Below are positions 38,908-47,115 of a stretch of DNA of 64,000 nucleotides, in pieces. Every line of letters begins with the position of its first letter. Within the stretch, counting starts at the first letter, position 1. Source of the stretch: Actinomycetota bacterium (GTDB lineage Bacteria > Actinomycetota > CALGFH01); NCBI GenBank assembly GCA_035535495.1, contig DATLQA010000029.1, positions 7,447-71,446 of the forward strand, given 5' to 3'. The translations under genes were made by a program, and so were the position numbers. Below the pieces are notes generated by a model. The model made no database searches. It saw only the letters and a list, made by a program, of their open reading frames with translations, and was not told the DNA's origin.

Positions 38908-38961
38908 TTGACTGGGGGTGGGTGGTGGAGTAAAGTGGCGGCCGGTGGAGGAAGACGGTGG
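38908..38961 (+). promoter_or_regulatory. Putative Pmra promoter (TTGACT-17-TAAAGT) with GTGG(A/C)G repeats at 10-bp phasing (candidate MraZ boxes)
   Basis: TTGACT lies at ~38908 and TAAAGT at ~38931. GTGGAG, GTGGCG and GTGGAG lie at ~38925, 38935 and 38945, with GTGGGAGG at 38958. Confidence 0.35.
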
Positions 38962-38976
38962 GAGGGTCCGGGGCCG

Positions 38977-39414
38977 GTGTTCATTGGCACTCACGACCAT
39001 TCCCTCGACCCCAAAGGGCGCGTCATCCTCCCGCGCAAATTTCGCGACGAGCTGGGACAGGACATGGTCTTCACCAAGGGCATCGAGCGCTGCCTGTACG
39101 TCTTCCCGCTCGCCGAGTTCCAGACCTTCGCGGACAAGCTGCGGAGCCTGCCGCTGACCGAGCGCCCCAGCCGCGACTTCGTCCGGGTGTTCATCGCCGG
39201 TGCCAGCCAGGAGACCGCCGACGCCCAGGGCCGGGTGGTGATCCCGCAGCCGCTGCGCGACTACGCCGGCCTCGCCAAGGACATCGTGGTCGTGGGCCAG
39301 CTCTCCCGGGTGGAGATCTGGGACCGCGCCGAGTGGGAGCGCTACATCCCGCTCGCGCAGGCCGCCTACTCCGAGCAGGCCAACGCCGCCCACCTCGCCG
39401 AGCTGGGGATCTGA
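38977..39414 (+). CDS. mraZ: Transcriptional regulator MraZ
   Basis: The GTG start is VFIGTHDHSLDPKGRV. The two MraZ repeats are DPKGRVILP and DAQGRVVIP. Confidence 0.9.
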   Translation: MFIGTHDHSLDPKGRVILPRKFRDELGQDMVFTKGIERCLYVFPLAEFQTFADKLRSLPLTERPSRDFVRVFIAGASQETADAQGRVVIPQPLRDYAGLAKDIVVVGQLSRVEIWDRAEWERYIPLAQAAYSEQANAAHLAELGI

Positions 39415-40445
39415 TGGTGTTGACCAGCGTGCCAACGCATCAGCCGGTGATGCTCGACCGCTGTGTCGAGCTGCTGCGGCCGGCCTCGACCCGCGTCTGG
39501 GTCGACGCCACCCTGGGCCTCGGCGGTCACGCCGAGGCCCTGCTGGACGCGAGCGAGCCGGACGGCCGCGTGGTCGGGCTGGACCGCGACCCCGCCGCGC
39601 TGGCACTGGCCACGGAGCGGCTGGCGCGCTTCGGCGACCGCCTGGTCCCGGTGGCGGCCTCCTTCGCCGACCTCGGCTGGGTGGCGGAGGAGCTGGGCCT
39701 CGACGCCGTCGACGGCGTCCTGTACGACCTCGGCGTCTCCTCACTGCAGCTGGACGAGCCGGAGCGGGGCTTCAGCTACCGCCACGACGCGCCCCTGGAC
39801 ATGCGCATGGACCCGGGCGGCCGCGTGACCGCGGCGGAGGTGGTCAACACCTACCCGCGTGCGGAGCTCGCCCGGGTGCTGCGCACCTACGGCGAGGAGC
39901 GCTTCGCCGGCCGGATCGCCCGCTTCGTGGAGGAGGCCCGCCGCCGCGCGCCGGTGCGGACCACCGGGGAGCTGGTCGACCTGATCAAGGCCGCCGTCCC
40001 CGCGGCGGCCAGGCGCTCCGGCCCGCACCCGGCGCGGCGCACCTTCCAGGCGCTGCGCATCGACGTCAACGGCGAGCTGGCTGCCCTGGAGGCGTCGCTG
40101 CCGCAGGCGATCGACCTGCTCGCGCCGGCAGGGCGGGTGGTGGTGCTCAGCTACCACTCGCTCGAGGACCGGATCGTCAAGCGGACCTTCGCCGAGGCGG
40201 CCGGCCGCGCGCCGGCCGTCCCCGGGCCGCCCCTGCCGGCGCCACCGGCGCGGTTGCGGTTGCTCACCCGGCGTCCCGAGACGCCGGATGCTGCCGAGGT
40301 CGCCGCCAACCCTCGTGCCGAGAGCGCCAAGCTGCGCGCCGCCGAGAAGCTCGGCGGCGTACCGGGCGGCCAGCCGCCCGCCGACCCGTCCGATACCGGT
40401 CCCGCCGCCCCGCGCTGGACCCCGACCCGTAGGGGGGCAGCATGA
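39414..40445 (+). CDS. rsmH: 16S rRNA (cytosine1402-N4)-methyltransferase RsmH
   Basis: The ATG overlaps the mraZ stop (TGATG). The SAM motif is DATLGLGGH and YHSLEDR is present. Confidence 0.95.
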   Translation: MVLTSVPTHQPVMLDRCVELLRPASTRVWVDATLGLGGHAEALLDASEPDGRVVGLDRDPAALALATERLARFGDRLVPVAASFADLGWVAEELGLDAVDGVLYDLGVSSLQLDEPERGFSYRHDAPLDMRMDPGGRVTAAEVVNTYPRAELARVLRTYGEERFAGRIARFVEEARRRAPVRTTGELVDLIKAAVPAAARRSGPHPARRTFQALRIDVNGELAALEASLPQAIDLLAPAGRVVVLSYHSLEDRIVKRTFAEAAGRAPAVPGPPLPAPPARLRLLTRRPETPDAAEVAANPRAESAKLRAAEKLGGVPGGQPPADPSDTGPAAPRWTPTRRGAA

Positions 40446-40921
40446 GCATGGCCGCGCCTGGCCACGCCACCTCGACCCGTCCGGCCCAGCGGCAGCCGCC
40501 GCCACGCCGGCTGCGCGCCGTCGCGCCCGTGCGACGGCTGCCGCGACCGCTGTTCGTCCTGCTCACCCTCGGCCTGGCGGTCGCCGGCGTGCTCGGCCTG
40601 GTGACCCTCAACGTCAACGTGAACCAGCAGGCCTTCGAGATCGCCCGGTTGTCGCGCGCGAACCGCGAAGCCGAGCGGCGCTACACCATCTACCAGGCGG
40701 AGGTCGACCGGCTCAAGGCACCGAGCCGCATCGCCGAGGTGGCGGCGAGGCGCGGCATGGTCCCCGCCGGCCGGCCCCGGATCATCGCCTGGCCAGGTGG
40801 TGGCAAGCCGGCCGCGGGATCCCGGGGGGCGGCGACTTCCCCCGCCTCCCCCGGGACCCGCCCGGACGGCGGCTGGGCGCAGGACCCCTTCCCACTCAAG
40901 CCGTACCTCGCCCAGCCATAG
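40442..40921 (+). CDS. ftsL: Cell division protein FtsL-like (septum formation initiator family)
   Basis: ATGA overlaps rsmH. The product is a single-TM bitopic protein with a coiled-coil region, in the conserved dcw position. Confidence 0.7.
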   Translation: MSMAAPGHATSTRPAQRQPPPRRLRAVAPVRRLPRPLFVLLTLGLAVAGVLGLVTLNVNVNQQAFEIARLSRANREAERRYTIYQAEVDRLKAPSRIAEVAARRGMVPAGRPRIIAWPGGGKPAAGSRGAATSPASPGTRPDGGWAQDPFPLKPYLAQP

Positions 40922-40927
40922 CAGCAC

Positions 40928-41018
40928 CCCCCGGAGGCTCCTTCCCTGGCCTCCGGGGGTGAACCGCCGACCTGCCTCAAGGTCAGCAGGACCGGGCCGC
41001 GCCCCCAGCGCGGCCCGG
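40928..41018 (+). other. Two strong GC hairpins in the 185-nt ftsL-ftsI spacer (11-bp perfect stems)
   Basis: The first is CCCCCGGAGGC-N10-GCCTCCGGGGG (~40928-40959). The second is CCGGGCCGCGC-N5-GCGCGGCCCGG (~40992-41018). Confidence 0.4.
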
Positions 41019-41106
41019 TCGAGCAGTCGGAACAGCGTTCGTGAGCGGCGCCAGGTCGGCGAGAAGGTCGCGAGCGGCTCAGCCAGTGAGGGAAGGGGGG
41101 AAGCAC

Positions 41107-42879
41107 GTGCCGAGCGGACGAGGTTCCGCCAAGCGCCGGCGGCGCCGCCGGCGCGCCCGTGGCGGCGGTCCCGGCCGCGGTGACGGCGGCAAGCGCCTGC
41201 TGGTCGTGCTCGGCGCCACCGTCCTCGCCTTCCTGGCCATCACCGGCCGGCTGGTCGTCCTGCAGGTGGTCGACGCCACCTCGCTCGACGAGGCGGCGGC
41301 CAGGCAGCGCCTGCGCACCATCGAGCTGCCCGCCGACCGCGGCCGGGTGTTCGACCGCAACGGCAGCCACCTGGCCCTGTCGGTCGACGCGCGGGCCGTC
41401 TACGCCCAGCCCCGCCTGGTCCGCAACCCGGACGCCACCGCCCGGCGGCTCGCCCCGCTGCTGCCCCGGCCGGTCGCCGACCTCCGCCGCCGGCTCGCCT
41501 CCAAGCGCCCATGGGTGTACCTGGCCCGCCGGGTGCCCGCCGCCCGCGGCGACCGCGTGGCGCGGCTCAAGCTGCCCGGCATCGGCGTGCTCGACGACAC
41601 CGTGCGGAGCTACCCCTCCGGCCCGCTCGCCGCGCAGGTGCTCGGCTTCGTCGACGTCGACGGCAAGGGCCTGGCCGGGGTGGAGCAGCAGTACGACGGC
41701 CTGCTTCGCGGCCGCTCCGGCGAGCTCCTGCTCGAGCAGGACCCGAAGGGCCGTCCGATCCCCTCGGGGCAGCGCCGCCTGAAGCCGCCGACGCCAGGCA
41801 CCGACATCGTGCTCACCGTCGACCAGCCGCTCCAGTACGTCGCCGAGCGGGCACTGTACGAGGCGGTCAGAAAGAACCACGCCAAGGGCGGCTCGGTGGT
41901 GGTCCTCGCGCCCTCCACCGGCGAGGTCCTGGCCATGGCCAACCTGCCCGACTACGACCCTAACCGCTACGCCAAGGCCACCGCGACGGCGCGGCGCAAC
42001 CGCGCGGTCGAGGACGTGTTCGAGCCGGGCTCGACCAACAAGACCATCACCGCGGCCGCGGCCCTGGAGGCGGGCGTGGTCACCCCGGGCACGCAGCTGC
42101 GCGTCCCCTGGGCCTTGGAGCTCTGCCCTGGGGTGAAGACCTTCCACGATTCGCACAAGCACGCCCAGGAAGTGCTGTCCTTCGCCGACGTGGTGGCGCA
42201 GTCCTCCAACGTCGGCACCATCAAGGTGGCCAGCAAGCTCGGCAAGCGGCGCCTGGCACAGGCCGAGCTGGACTTCGGGTATGGCCGGCGCACCGGCATC
42301 GACCTGCCGGGCGAGTCCCCCGGGCTGGTCACCCCCATGCCGGCCTGGCGCTGCACCGACCTGGGCGTCAACGCCATCGGCCAGGGCGTGGCCGTGACCG
42401 TGCTGCAGGCCGCCGGCGTCTACGCGGCCGTGGCCAATGGCGGCGTGCAGGTGGCGCCGTCGCTGCTGAGGGGCACGATCGACGCCGGCGGCCGCTTCCA
42501 GCCGGCCGAGCGCCGGCCGAGCCGCCGGGTCATCTCGGAGCGGACCGCCACCACCCTCACCGCCATCCTCCAGGGCGTGCTCACCGGCCACGGCACCGGC
42601 AAGGAGGCCGCGCTCGGCGCCTGGACGGCCGCCGGCAAGACCGGCACCGCCCGCAAGCCCAACCCGCACGGCCGCGGCTACCTGCCCGGCGCCTACGTGG
42701 CCAGCTTCATCGGCTTCGCCCCGGCCGAGCACCCGGCCGTGGTGGTCGCGGTCGTGCTCGACCAGCCGACCCCCATCTTCGGCGGGGTGGTCGCCGCCCC
42801 GGTCTTCCGCGAGGTGGCCAGCTATGCCCTCACCCGACTCCGGGTGCCAGCCTCGCTGCCGGCCCGCCGGCAGCGGTGA
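41107..42879 (+). CDS. ftsI: Penicillin-binding protein (FtsI/PBP3-type transpeptidase)
   Basis: The GTG start follows GGAAGGGGGG. An N-terminal TM helix and PBP dimerisation domain are followed by the transpeptidase motifs STNKT, SSN and KTGT. Confidence 0.9.
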   Translation: MPSGRGSAKRRRRRRRARGGGPGRGDGGKRLLVVLGATVLAFLAITGRLVVLQVVDATSLDEAAARQRLRTIELPADRGRVFDRNGSHLALSVDARAVYAQPRLVRNPDATARRLAPLLPRPVADLRRRLASKRPWVYLARRVPAARGDRVARLKLPGIGVLDDTVRSYPSGPLAAQVLGFVDVDGKGLAGVEQQYDGLLRGRSGELLLEQDPKGRPIPSGQRRLKPPTPGTDIVLTVDQPLQYVAERALYEAVRKNHAKGGSVVVLAPSTGEVLAMANLPDYDPNRYAKATATARRNRAVEDVFEPGSTNKTITAAAALEAGVVTPGTQLRVPWALELCPGVKTFHDSHKHAQEVLSFADVVAQSSNVGTIKVASKLGKRRLAQAELDFGYGRRTGIDLPGESPGLVTPMPAWRCTDLGVNAIGQGVAVTVLQAAGVYAAVANGGVQVAPSLLRGTIDAGGRFQPAERRPSRRVISERTATTLTAILQGVLTGHGTGKEAALGAWTAAGKTGTARKPNPHGRGYLPGAYVASFIGFAPAEHPAVVVAVVLDQPTPIFGGVVAAPVFREVASYALTRLRVPASLPARRQR

Positions 42880-43045
42880 TGTCACCTTCTCGTATCGCCT
42901 CGGCGGCACCGGCCGGGCCCGGGCACGTTGCCAGAGCGCTGATGCTAGGCTTTCGCCGGCCGCCGCCCCGGCGGCGGCCGCAAGCCCACGGCACCGGCGT
43001 TCCCGCAGCCGGCCGCCCTGCCCTTCGACGCGGGTTTGGACGTTC

Positions 43046-44560
43046 ATGACCTTGACGCCCAGGCGCGTCCTGCTCGGCTCGCTGGCCGCCGCCACCGGCG
43101 GTCGAGTCACAGGCGGCGGCGAGGTCCACGTCACCGACGTCGTGCTCGACACCCGCACCGTCACCCCTGGGGCGCTGTTCTGCTGCGTGCCCGGCTCCAA
43201 GGTCGACGGCCACGACCTGGCCGGCGCCGCCCTCGAGGCCGGCGCCGCCGCCCTGGTGGTGGAGCGGCCGCTCGACCTGCCCATCCCGCAGCTGCTGGTG
43301 GGCTCGGTCCGGGCCGCGCTGGCGCCGCTGGCCGACGCCTTCTGGGAGCACCCGTCGCGCCGCTTCGACCTGGTGGGGGTGACCGGCACCAACGGCAAGA
43401 CCACCACCACGTTCATGCTGGAGGCGATCTTCAGGGCGGCCGGGCGCACCCCCGGGGTGATCGGCACCGTCGAGGTGCGCCTGGGCGACGAGCGCCGCCC
43501 GGTCGCCCACACCACCCCGGAAGCCCCCGACCTGCAACGGCTGCTGGCCGAGATGGCGGACAGCGGCGTCGAGGCCGCGGCCATGGAGGTGTCCAGCCAC
43601 GGACTGGCGCTCGGGCGGGTCGACCGCACCTGGTACCGGGCGGCGGTGTTCACCAACCTGACCCAGGACCACCTCGACTTCCACGACGGCCTGGAGGACT
43701 ACTACCAGTCCAAGCGCAAGCTGTTCACCAGCGCCTTCACCGGCCTCGGGATCGTCAACGCGGACGACCCCTACGGCCGCCGCCTGGCCGGGCCGGACGC
43801 CGGCATCCCGGTGGTCACCACCGGCACCGGCCCCGGGGCGACCTGGAGGGCGTCGGTGGTGGAGGCGACCCTGGCCGGCACCAGCTTCCGGCTGGACAGC
43901 CCCGCCGGCCCGGCCGCCGTCCGGCTCCGCCTCGCCGGGCAGTTCAACGTCGCCAACGCGCTCGGCGCCCTGGCCGCGGCGGACGCGCTCGGCATCGACC
44001 TGGCCACCGCGGTGGCCGGTCTCGCCAGCCTGGCGGGGGTGCCCGGCCGCTTCGAGCGGGTCGACGTCGGCCAGCCGTTCACCGTCCTGGTCGACTACGC
44101 GCACACGCCCGACTCGCTCGACAACGTGCTGCGCGCCGCCCGGGCGGTGAGCGAGAAGCGGGTGATCGTGGTGTTCGGCTGCGGCGGTGACCGCGACCGG
44201 GCCAAGCGCCCGCTGATGGGGGCGATCGCCGGCCGCCTCGCCGACCTGGTGGTGGTCACCTCCGACAACCCGCGCTCGGAGCGGCCGGAGGCGATCGTCG
44301 ACGAGGTGGTCGAGGGGGTGCGCCGCAGCGCCGAGCCGGACGCGTGGTGGGCGACGGTCGACCGCCGCGCCGCCATCGCCGAGGCGCTGGCCGCCGCCGG
44401 GCCCGGTGACGCGGTGGTGATCGCCGGCAAGGGCCACGAGCATGGCCAGGAGTTCGAGGGCGGCCGCAAGGTGCCGTTCGACGACCGGGTGGTGGCGGCG
44501 GAGGAGCTCAGCCGCCTGCTCGGCGCCGCCGGCGCCGTCGAAGGCAGTGGCGCCTCGTGA
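43046..44560 (+). CDS. murE: UDP-N-acetylmuramoyl-L-alanyl-D-glutamate--2,6-diaminopimelate ligase
   Basis: Mur ligase motifs are GVTGTNGKTTT, the DNADD region and HTPDSL. Confidence 0.95.
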   Translation: MTLTPRRVLLGSLAAATGGRVTGGGEVHVTDVVLDTRTVTPGALFCCVPGSKVDGHDLAGAALEAGAAALVVERPLDLPIPQLLVGSVRAALAPLADAFWEHPSRRFDLVGVTGTNGKTTTTFMLEAIFRAAGRTPGVIGTVEVRLGDERRPVAHTTPEAPDLQRLLAEMADSGVEAAAMEVSSHGLALGRVDRTWYRAAVFTNLTQDHLDFHDGLEDYYQSKRKLFTSAFTGLGIVNADDPYGRRLAGPDAGIPVVTTGTGPGATWRASVVEATLAGTSFRLDSPAGPAAVRLRLAGQFNVANALGALAAADALGIDLATAVAGLASLAGVPGRFERVDVGQPFTVLVDYAHTPDSLDNVLRAARAVSEKRVIVVFGCGGDRDRAKRPLMGAIAGRLADLVVVTSDNPRSERPEAIVDEVVEGVRRSAEPDAWWATVDRRAAIAEALAAAGPGDAVVIAGKGHEHGQEFEGGRKVPFDDRVVAAEELSRLLGAAGAVEGSGAS

Positions 44561-46047
44561 TCCCGCTCAGCCTCGACGAGGTCGCCGCGGCAGCGGGCGG
44601 CGTGCTGCGCGACGCCGACCCGGGCACGCTGGTCACCTCGCTGACGATCGACTCCCGGGTGGTGGCGGCGGGCGGGCTGTTCGTCGCCCTGCCCGGCGAG
44701 CGCACCGACGGCGCCCGCTTCGCCGCCGACGCGCTCGCGGCCGGCGCCGCGGCCGTGCTGGCCAGGCGCGGCGCGGTCACGGCCGGGCCACGCGTCGAGG
44801 TCGACGACCCGCTCACCGCGCTGGCCGCGGTGGCCGGCGAGGTGCGGTCCCGGTCGGCCGCCAGGGTCGTCGGCATCACCGGGTCGGTCGGCAAGACCAC
44901 CACCAAGGACCTGCTCGCGGCGGTGCTGGCCACGCGCCTGCGCACCGTGGCCAACCAGGCCTCGTTCAACAACGAGCTCGGCCTGCCGCTCACCCTGGCC
45001 CGGCTCGAGCCGGACACCGAGGCCCTGGTGGTCGAGCTGGGCGCGCGCGGCCCCGGCCACATCGCCGCCCTGGCCCGGGTCGCCCGGCCGGTCCTCGGCG
45101 TGGTCCTCAACGTCGGCGAGGCCCACCTCGGCGTGTTCGGCTCGCGGCAGGCCATCGCCGACGCCAAGGCCGAGCTGGTCGAGGCGCTCCCCTCCGACGG
45201 TGTGGCGGTGCTCGCCGCCGACGACCCGATCGTGGCCGCCATGGCCGGCAGGACCGAGGCCAGGGTGGTCAGCTTCGGCCTCGGCCCGGCCGCGGAGGTG
45301 CGCGCCGAAGGGGTCGAGCTGGACGGGGACGGCCACGCCCGCTTCCGGCTCAGCACCCCGGCCGGCTCGGCCGCGGTGGCCATGCCCGCCATGGGCGAGC
45401 ACCTGGTCCGCGACGCCCTCGCCGCGGCGGCCGCCGCCGGCGTCTTCGGCCTGGCCGTCGAGGAGATCGCCGCCGGGCTGGCCGGCGCCCGCCTGTCGCC
45501 CATGCGCATGCAGGTGGAGCGCCGCCCTGACGGCGTCACCGTGATCAACGACGCCTACAACGCCAACCCCACCTCGGTGACCGCCGCGCTCAAGGCGCTG
45601 GCCGCCGCCGGGCGGGGCGGCGGCCGCACGGTGGCCGTGCTCGGCGAGATGGCCGAGCTGGGCGAGGCCGCCCAGGTCGAGCACGACCGGGTCGGCCGGC
45701 TGGCCGCCCGTCTCGGGATCGACCGGCTGGTCGGGGTGGGGGAGCTGGGCGAGATCCTGGTCAGGGCGGCCCGCATGGAGGGCATGTGGCCGGAGGAGGC
45801 GGTGGCGGTGGCCGACGCCGACGCCGCCGTCGCGGCCGTCGCCGGCGTGCTCGCCCCAGGTGACGTGGTCCTGGTCAAGGCGAGCCGGGCGGTCGCCTTG
45901 GACAGCGTGGCGAATCGGCTCCTCATTGAGCCGAATGTGCCCACCGGGGGGTCCGGGGGGCTCAAGAAGCGGAGCGGTAGCCCCCCGGTCAACAGGGGGT
46001 CCGGGGGGGCGGGGGTTGCCCCCCCGGTGCATCGGGGGAGTAGGTAA
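44557..46047 (+). CDS. murF: UDP-N-acetylmuramoyl-tripeptide--D-alanyl-D-alanine ligase, with a ~35-aa Gly/Pro-rich C-terminal tail encoded by a repeat element
   Basis: GTGA overlaps murE. GITGSVGKTTT is present. The ORF reads through the hairpin repeats up to a TAA 1 nt before mraY. Confidence 0.95.
   Translation: MIPLSLDEVAAAAGGVLRDADPGTLVTSLTIDSRVVAAGGLFVALPGERTDGARFAADALAAGAAAVLARRGAVTAGPRVEVDDPLTALAAVAGEVRSRSAARVVGITGSVGKTTTKDLLAAVLATRLRTVANQASFNNELGLPLTLARLEPDTEALVVELGARGPGHIAALARVARPVLGVVLNVGEAHLGVFGSRQAIADAKAELVEALPSDGVAVLAADDPIVAAMAGRTEARVVSFGLGPAAEVRAEGVELDGDGHARFRLSTPAGSAAVAMPAMGEHLVRDALAAAAAAGVFGLAVEEIAAGLAGARLSPMRMQVERRPDGVTVINDAYNANPTSVTAALKALAAAGRGGGRTVAVLGEMAELGEAAQVEHDRVGRLAARLGIDRLVGVGELGEILVRAARMEGMWPEEAVAVADADAAVAAVAGVLAPGDVVLVKASRAVALDSVANRLLIEPNVPTGGSGGLKKRSGSPPVNRGSGGAGVAPPVHRGSR
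45941..46027 (+). repeat. G-rich GC-hairpin element (copy 2, two hairpins): CCGGGGGGCT-N16-AGCCCCCCGG and CCGGGGGGGC-GGGGGTT-GCCCCCCCGG
   Basis: Both are perfect 10-bp stems read directly. They lie within the murF 3' end, immediately 5' of the mraY GTG. Confidence 0.5.
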
Positions 46048-47115
46048 GTGGTCGGCATCCTGGTCGCCGCGGCCGTCGCCCTGGCCATCGGGCTGGTGGG
46101 CACGCCGCTGGCCATCCGGAGCTTCCGCCGGCACAACCTCGGCCAGCTCATCCAGGTCGACCTGCCCGACTCTCACCAGACCAAGCGGGGCACCCCGACC
46201 ATGGGCGGGGCGGTGATGATCCTCGGCGCGGTGGCCGGCTATGGCGTCGCCCACCTGCTGATCGACGTCCGCCTCACCTCGCGCGGCCTGCTGGTGATGA
46301 TCACCATGATCGCCCTCGGCGTGGTCGGCTTCGTCGACGACTACCTCAAGATCCGCAACCAGCGCAGCCTCGGCCTGACCAAGACCGCCAAGTTCGGCGG
46401 GCAGGCCCTGGCCGCGGTCGGCCTCGCCGTCGGGGCGTGGTACTGGACGGACGCCTTCCGGGGCGTCTCCTTCATCCGCCCGCTCACCGGCACCACCCTG
46501 CCGCTGCTGCTGTTCCTGATCTGGGTGTTCCTGATCCTCTCGGCCACCTCCAACGGGGTGAACCTGACCGACGGCATGGACGGGCTCGCCTCCGGCTCCA
46601 CCGTCCTGGTGGTCAGCGCCTACGTGGTGATCGCCTTCTGGCAGTTCCGCCACTCCTGCTCGGCGCCGCCGATCGACACGCCCGGCTGCTACCGGCTGGA
46701 GGCGACCGGCTCGCTCGACCTGGCGGTGGTGGCGGCCGCCATGATGGGCGCGACCGCCGGGTTCCTGTGGTGGAACGCGCCGCCGGCGCGGATCTTCATG
46801 GGCGACACCGGCTCGCTCGCGCTCGGCGGCACCCTGGCCGCGCTGGCCCTGTTCACCGACACCCAGCTGCTGCTGGCGGTGCTCGGCGGCATCTACGTGG
46901 TGGAGACACTCTCGGTGATCCTGCAGATCGCCTCGTTCCGCTTCCTGCACCGCCGGGTCTTCAAGATGGCCCCGATCCACCTGCATTTCGAGCTGTCGCA
47001 GTGGCCGGAGTTCACCGTCATCGTGCGCTTCTGGATCCTGGCCGGCCTGGCGGTGGCCTTCGGCCTTGGCCTGTTCTACGCCGAGTTCATCACCCGCGGG
47101 GGGACGAGTGGCTGA
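46048..47115 (+). CDS. mraY: Phospho-N-acetylmuramoyl-pentapeptide-transferase
   Basis: Ten TM helices are predicted. Characteristic segments are DDYLKI, NLTDGMDGLA and the HLHFEL region. Confidence 0.95.
   Translation: MVGILVAAAVALAIGLVGTPLAIRSFRRHNLGQLIQVDLPDSHQTKRGTPTMGGAVMILGAVAGYGVAHLLIDVRLTSRGLLVMITMIALGVVGFVDDYLKIRNQRSLGLTKTAKFGGQALAAVGLAVGAWYWTDAFRGVSFIRPLTGTTLPLLLFLIWVFLILSATSNGVNLTDGMDGLASGSTVLVVSAYVVIAFWQFRHSCSAPPIDTPGCYRLEATGSLDLAVVAAAMMGATAGFLWWNAPPARIFMGDTGSLALGGTLAALALFTDTQLLLAVLGGIYVVETLSVILQIASFRFLHRRVFKMAPIHLHFELSQWPEFTVIVRFWILAGLAVAFGLGLFYAEFITRGGTSG

Noticed and set aside
38958-40445. 495-aa plus-strand ORF spanning mraZ and rsmH
   Set aside because: This is a frame artefact. 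mraZ is in the 38764..39414 frame and rsmH starts at the ATG at 39414. The N-terminal 150 residues of this ORF are out-of-frame read-through.
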